From NCBI GenBank assembly GCA_038065835.1, contig JBBTQB010000007.1, positions 1 to 51,420 of the forward strand: DNA of 51,420 bases, written 5' to 3'. The notes under the pieces were generated by a model. The model had not been told where the DNA came from, searched no databases, and saw nothing but the letters and a program-made list of their open reading frames with translations. Of this stretch, positions 50,233 through 51,420 are shown piece after piece (the first letter of the stretch is position 1; each line of letters opens with the position of its first letter). This DNA is from Patescibacteria group bacterium. GTDB lineage: Bacteria > Patescibacteriota > Minisyncoccia > Minisyncoccales > Staskawiczbacteraceae. Made by a program: the position numbers and the translations under genes.

Positions 50233-50984
50233 ATTCTATTTCTTTGAACTATATGAGCGTTAATTTCTTTTAATTCCGGCTTTTGATTAATAAACTCTAA
50301 AACTTCTTCTGTTCCAAAAAATTCTCCTTTCTTATACAAATTTTCGTAAATTTTAGTTATTAATTCCAAGTCTTCTTTAGTATCAAGAGTTAAGCGCAAA
50401 TCAGGATTTTGGAAGTATTTGGGAAGTTCTACCTTGCTAATCTTAAAAATATTGGGGTTTTCTTGAAAATAAGATGTAAGGTTTTCTCTGTTATAGGTGT
50501 CTCCTGCCTTTTTATAAGCCAAATCTAATGCTTGAAAATTCAAAACTGCTACATCTAATCCCAAAGGCAGAAGCCTTGAGGGATAAGAGGTGTCAGTATA
50601 GTCAGAATTTCTGTCTATGTGTTGTTTAATTGTTAAATCAATTATCTCTGGATCAATTAGGGGCTTATCAGCCGGAACTTCTACAACAACGTCACAGCCA
50701 TTTTCTTTAGCCGCTAAATAAACCCTTTCTAGAACTTCTTTTTCGCTGCCTCGGTAATAGGAAATCGAGTTTTCCAAGGCAAATTTCTCTAAAATATCAT
50801 TCTCTTTTGTATTAGGAATCGCTAAAATAATCTGGCTCATCAATTTTGAAAACCTTAAGCGCTCAATGATGTGCTGCAGTACAGATTGGCCAAAAATAGG
50901 AAGTAAAACTTTTCCTGGCAATCTTTCAGAGCTCATTCTTGCTTGAATAATTGCAGATATTTTTTTTTGCTCCGAGTTTACCAT
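50229..50984 (-). CDS. NulO/acylneuraminate cytidylyltransferase-family protein (SpsF/PseF-like)
   Basis: 251 aa. AIIQARMSSERLPGKVL. Confidence 0.75.
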   Translation of the reverse strand: MVNSEQKKISAIIQARMSSERLPGKVLLPIFGQSVLQHIIERLRFSKLMSQIILAIPNTKENDILEKFALENSISYYRGSEKEVLERVYLAAKENGCDVVVEVPADKPLIDPEIIDLTIKQHIDRNSDYTDTSYPSRLLPLGLDVAVLNFQALDLAYKKAGDTYNRENLTSYFQENPNIFKISKVELPKYFQNPDLRLTLDTKEDLELITKIYENLYKKGEFFGTEEVLEFINQKPELKEINAHIVQRNRI

Positions 50985-51226
50985 TTCTCAATTACTTTTT
51001 TAGTTTTTTCCCGGAGGTTCTTATAAATTTTATAGACCTTAACATCAAGCTTTGGAGAAACAAGCTTTAATATTTCATGCCCCCAAATTCTGTACTGGCC
51101 CGAAACTTTATAAGCTTCAATAATACCGTTTTTTAGCATTCTTTTCATTGTACTCTCGCTAATCTTTAAAAAATCGCGGGTTTCCTTTGAGGTATATATT
51201 TTATCTGGTTTAATTTGTTCTACCAT
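50978..51226 (-). CDS. Excisionase-family helix-turn-helix (HTH_17/MerR-like) DNA-binding protein, first gene of the locus
   Basis: 82 aa. IYTSKETRDFLKISESTMKRMLKNGIIEAYKVSGQYRI. Overlaps the next gene by 7 nt. Confidence 0.65.
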   Translation of the reverse strand: MVEQIKPDKIYTSKETRDFLKISESTMKRMLKNGIIEAYKVSGQYRIWGHEILKLVSPKLDVKVYKIYKNLREKTKKVIEKW

Positions 51227-51247
51227 TTTCTTTATGTTTCATGATCT

Positions 51248-51297
51248 ATGTTAAACCCCTATTGACGGGGTGTCAATAGGGGTCAAAATAGGTCAAA
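51248..51297 (-). promoter_or_regulatory. Candidate locus promoter with overlapping palindromic operator and phased TTGAC repeats
   Basis: Minus strand TTGACA (51276-51271), 17 nt spacer, TAACAT (51253-51248). The spacer lies within the palindrome CCCCTATTGAC-ggggt-GTCAATAGGGG (51256-51282). Two further TTTGACC repeats sit at 10-nt spacing (51281-51297). Confidence 0.5.
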
Positions 51298-51369
51298 TTG
51301 ATTATAGAACAGTTGGCTTTGCTGTATCTTTTTTTCGTAATCCAAAATTAAATCAATGATTTTACTTAA

Positions 51370-51401
51370 AGAGTGCAGGATTCGAACTATCATCAATTGA
51401 G
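51370..51401. repeat. Family-A repeat, solo left arm (AGAGTGCAGGATTCGAACTATCATCAATTGAG)
   Basis: The first 31 nt are identical to 28898-28928. Inverted copy of 19-51. Confidence 0.9.
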
Positions 51402-51420
51402 CGTCGGGTCTCTGGCTTTT

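Noticed and set aside
1-51420. CRISPR arrays, rRNA/tRNA genes, transposases, integrases, reverse transcriptases, toxin-antitoxin pairs
   Set aside because: No regularly spaced direct repeats of 24 nt or more with unique spacers were found; the tandem repeats seen have 7-16-nt units. No ORF shows DDE, tyrosine- or serine-recombinase, or RT motifs. No cloverleaf-forming sequence was found in the few intergenic regions.
1-51420. Alternative genetic code (UGA recoding, as in some CPR lineages)
   Set aside because: TGA terminates several well-delimited genes at family-typical lengths (for example 23671, 34028, 17732, 8275). No gene needs read-through of TGA. The standard code 11 fits.

Overview
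This is an AT-rich, gene-dense window. All called genes except one or two tiny ORFs lie on the minus strand. The gene style (short or overlapping junctions, an HTH_17 leader gene, few housekeeping genes, a very large glycan locus) suggests a small-genome Patescibacteria/CPR-like bacterium; that is inference only, since no searches were run.

Layout:
- 1-10 kb is housekeeping: CAP-domain protein, family-4 UDG, cutA, an ASCH protein, a frameshifted nucleotidyltransferase, secA, hpf, murB and a secreted metallopeptidase. One conspicuously G+C-rich foreign gene (PP2C-like) sits between hpf and secA with its own promoter and terminator.
- 10.0-51.2 kb is a ~41-kb co-directional surface-glycan super-locus. 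It holds a PglF/E/D-like diacetamido-trideoxyhexose module, PIG-L, a tandemly duplicated WbqC plus phosphoglycosyltransferase pair, two Wzx-like flippases, several GT4/GT2 enzymes, four methyltransferases and three DegT aminotransferases. It also holds a nonulosonic-acid synthase with cytidylyltransferase, a twin WbuX/HisH/HisF-type amidotransferase module, an aldolase + ATP-grasp-GAPDH-like fusion + HAD module, an orphan ParB-like gene and a large transglutaminase-like protein.

The most unusual layer is non-coding. At least four families of palindromic, often G+C-rich repeats (family names A, B/F, C, D are mine) occupy many of the larger intercistronic gaps. Some are read in frame inside genes. 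One family begins exactly at the upstream TGA and ends in the downstream GTG start codon. No rRNA, tRNA, CRISPR array, transposase or integrase was seen.

Coordinates of non-ORF features were counted by hand and may be off by 1-2 nt. All protein calls rest on motifs visible in the supplied translations.
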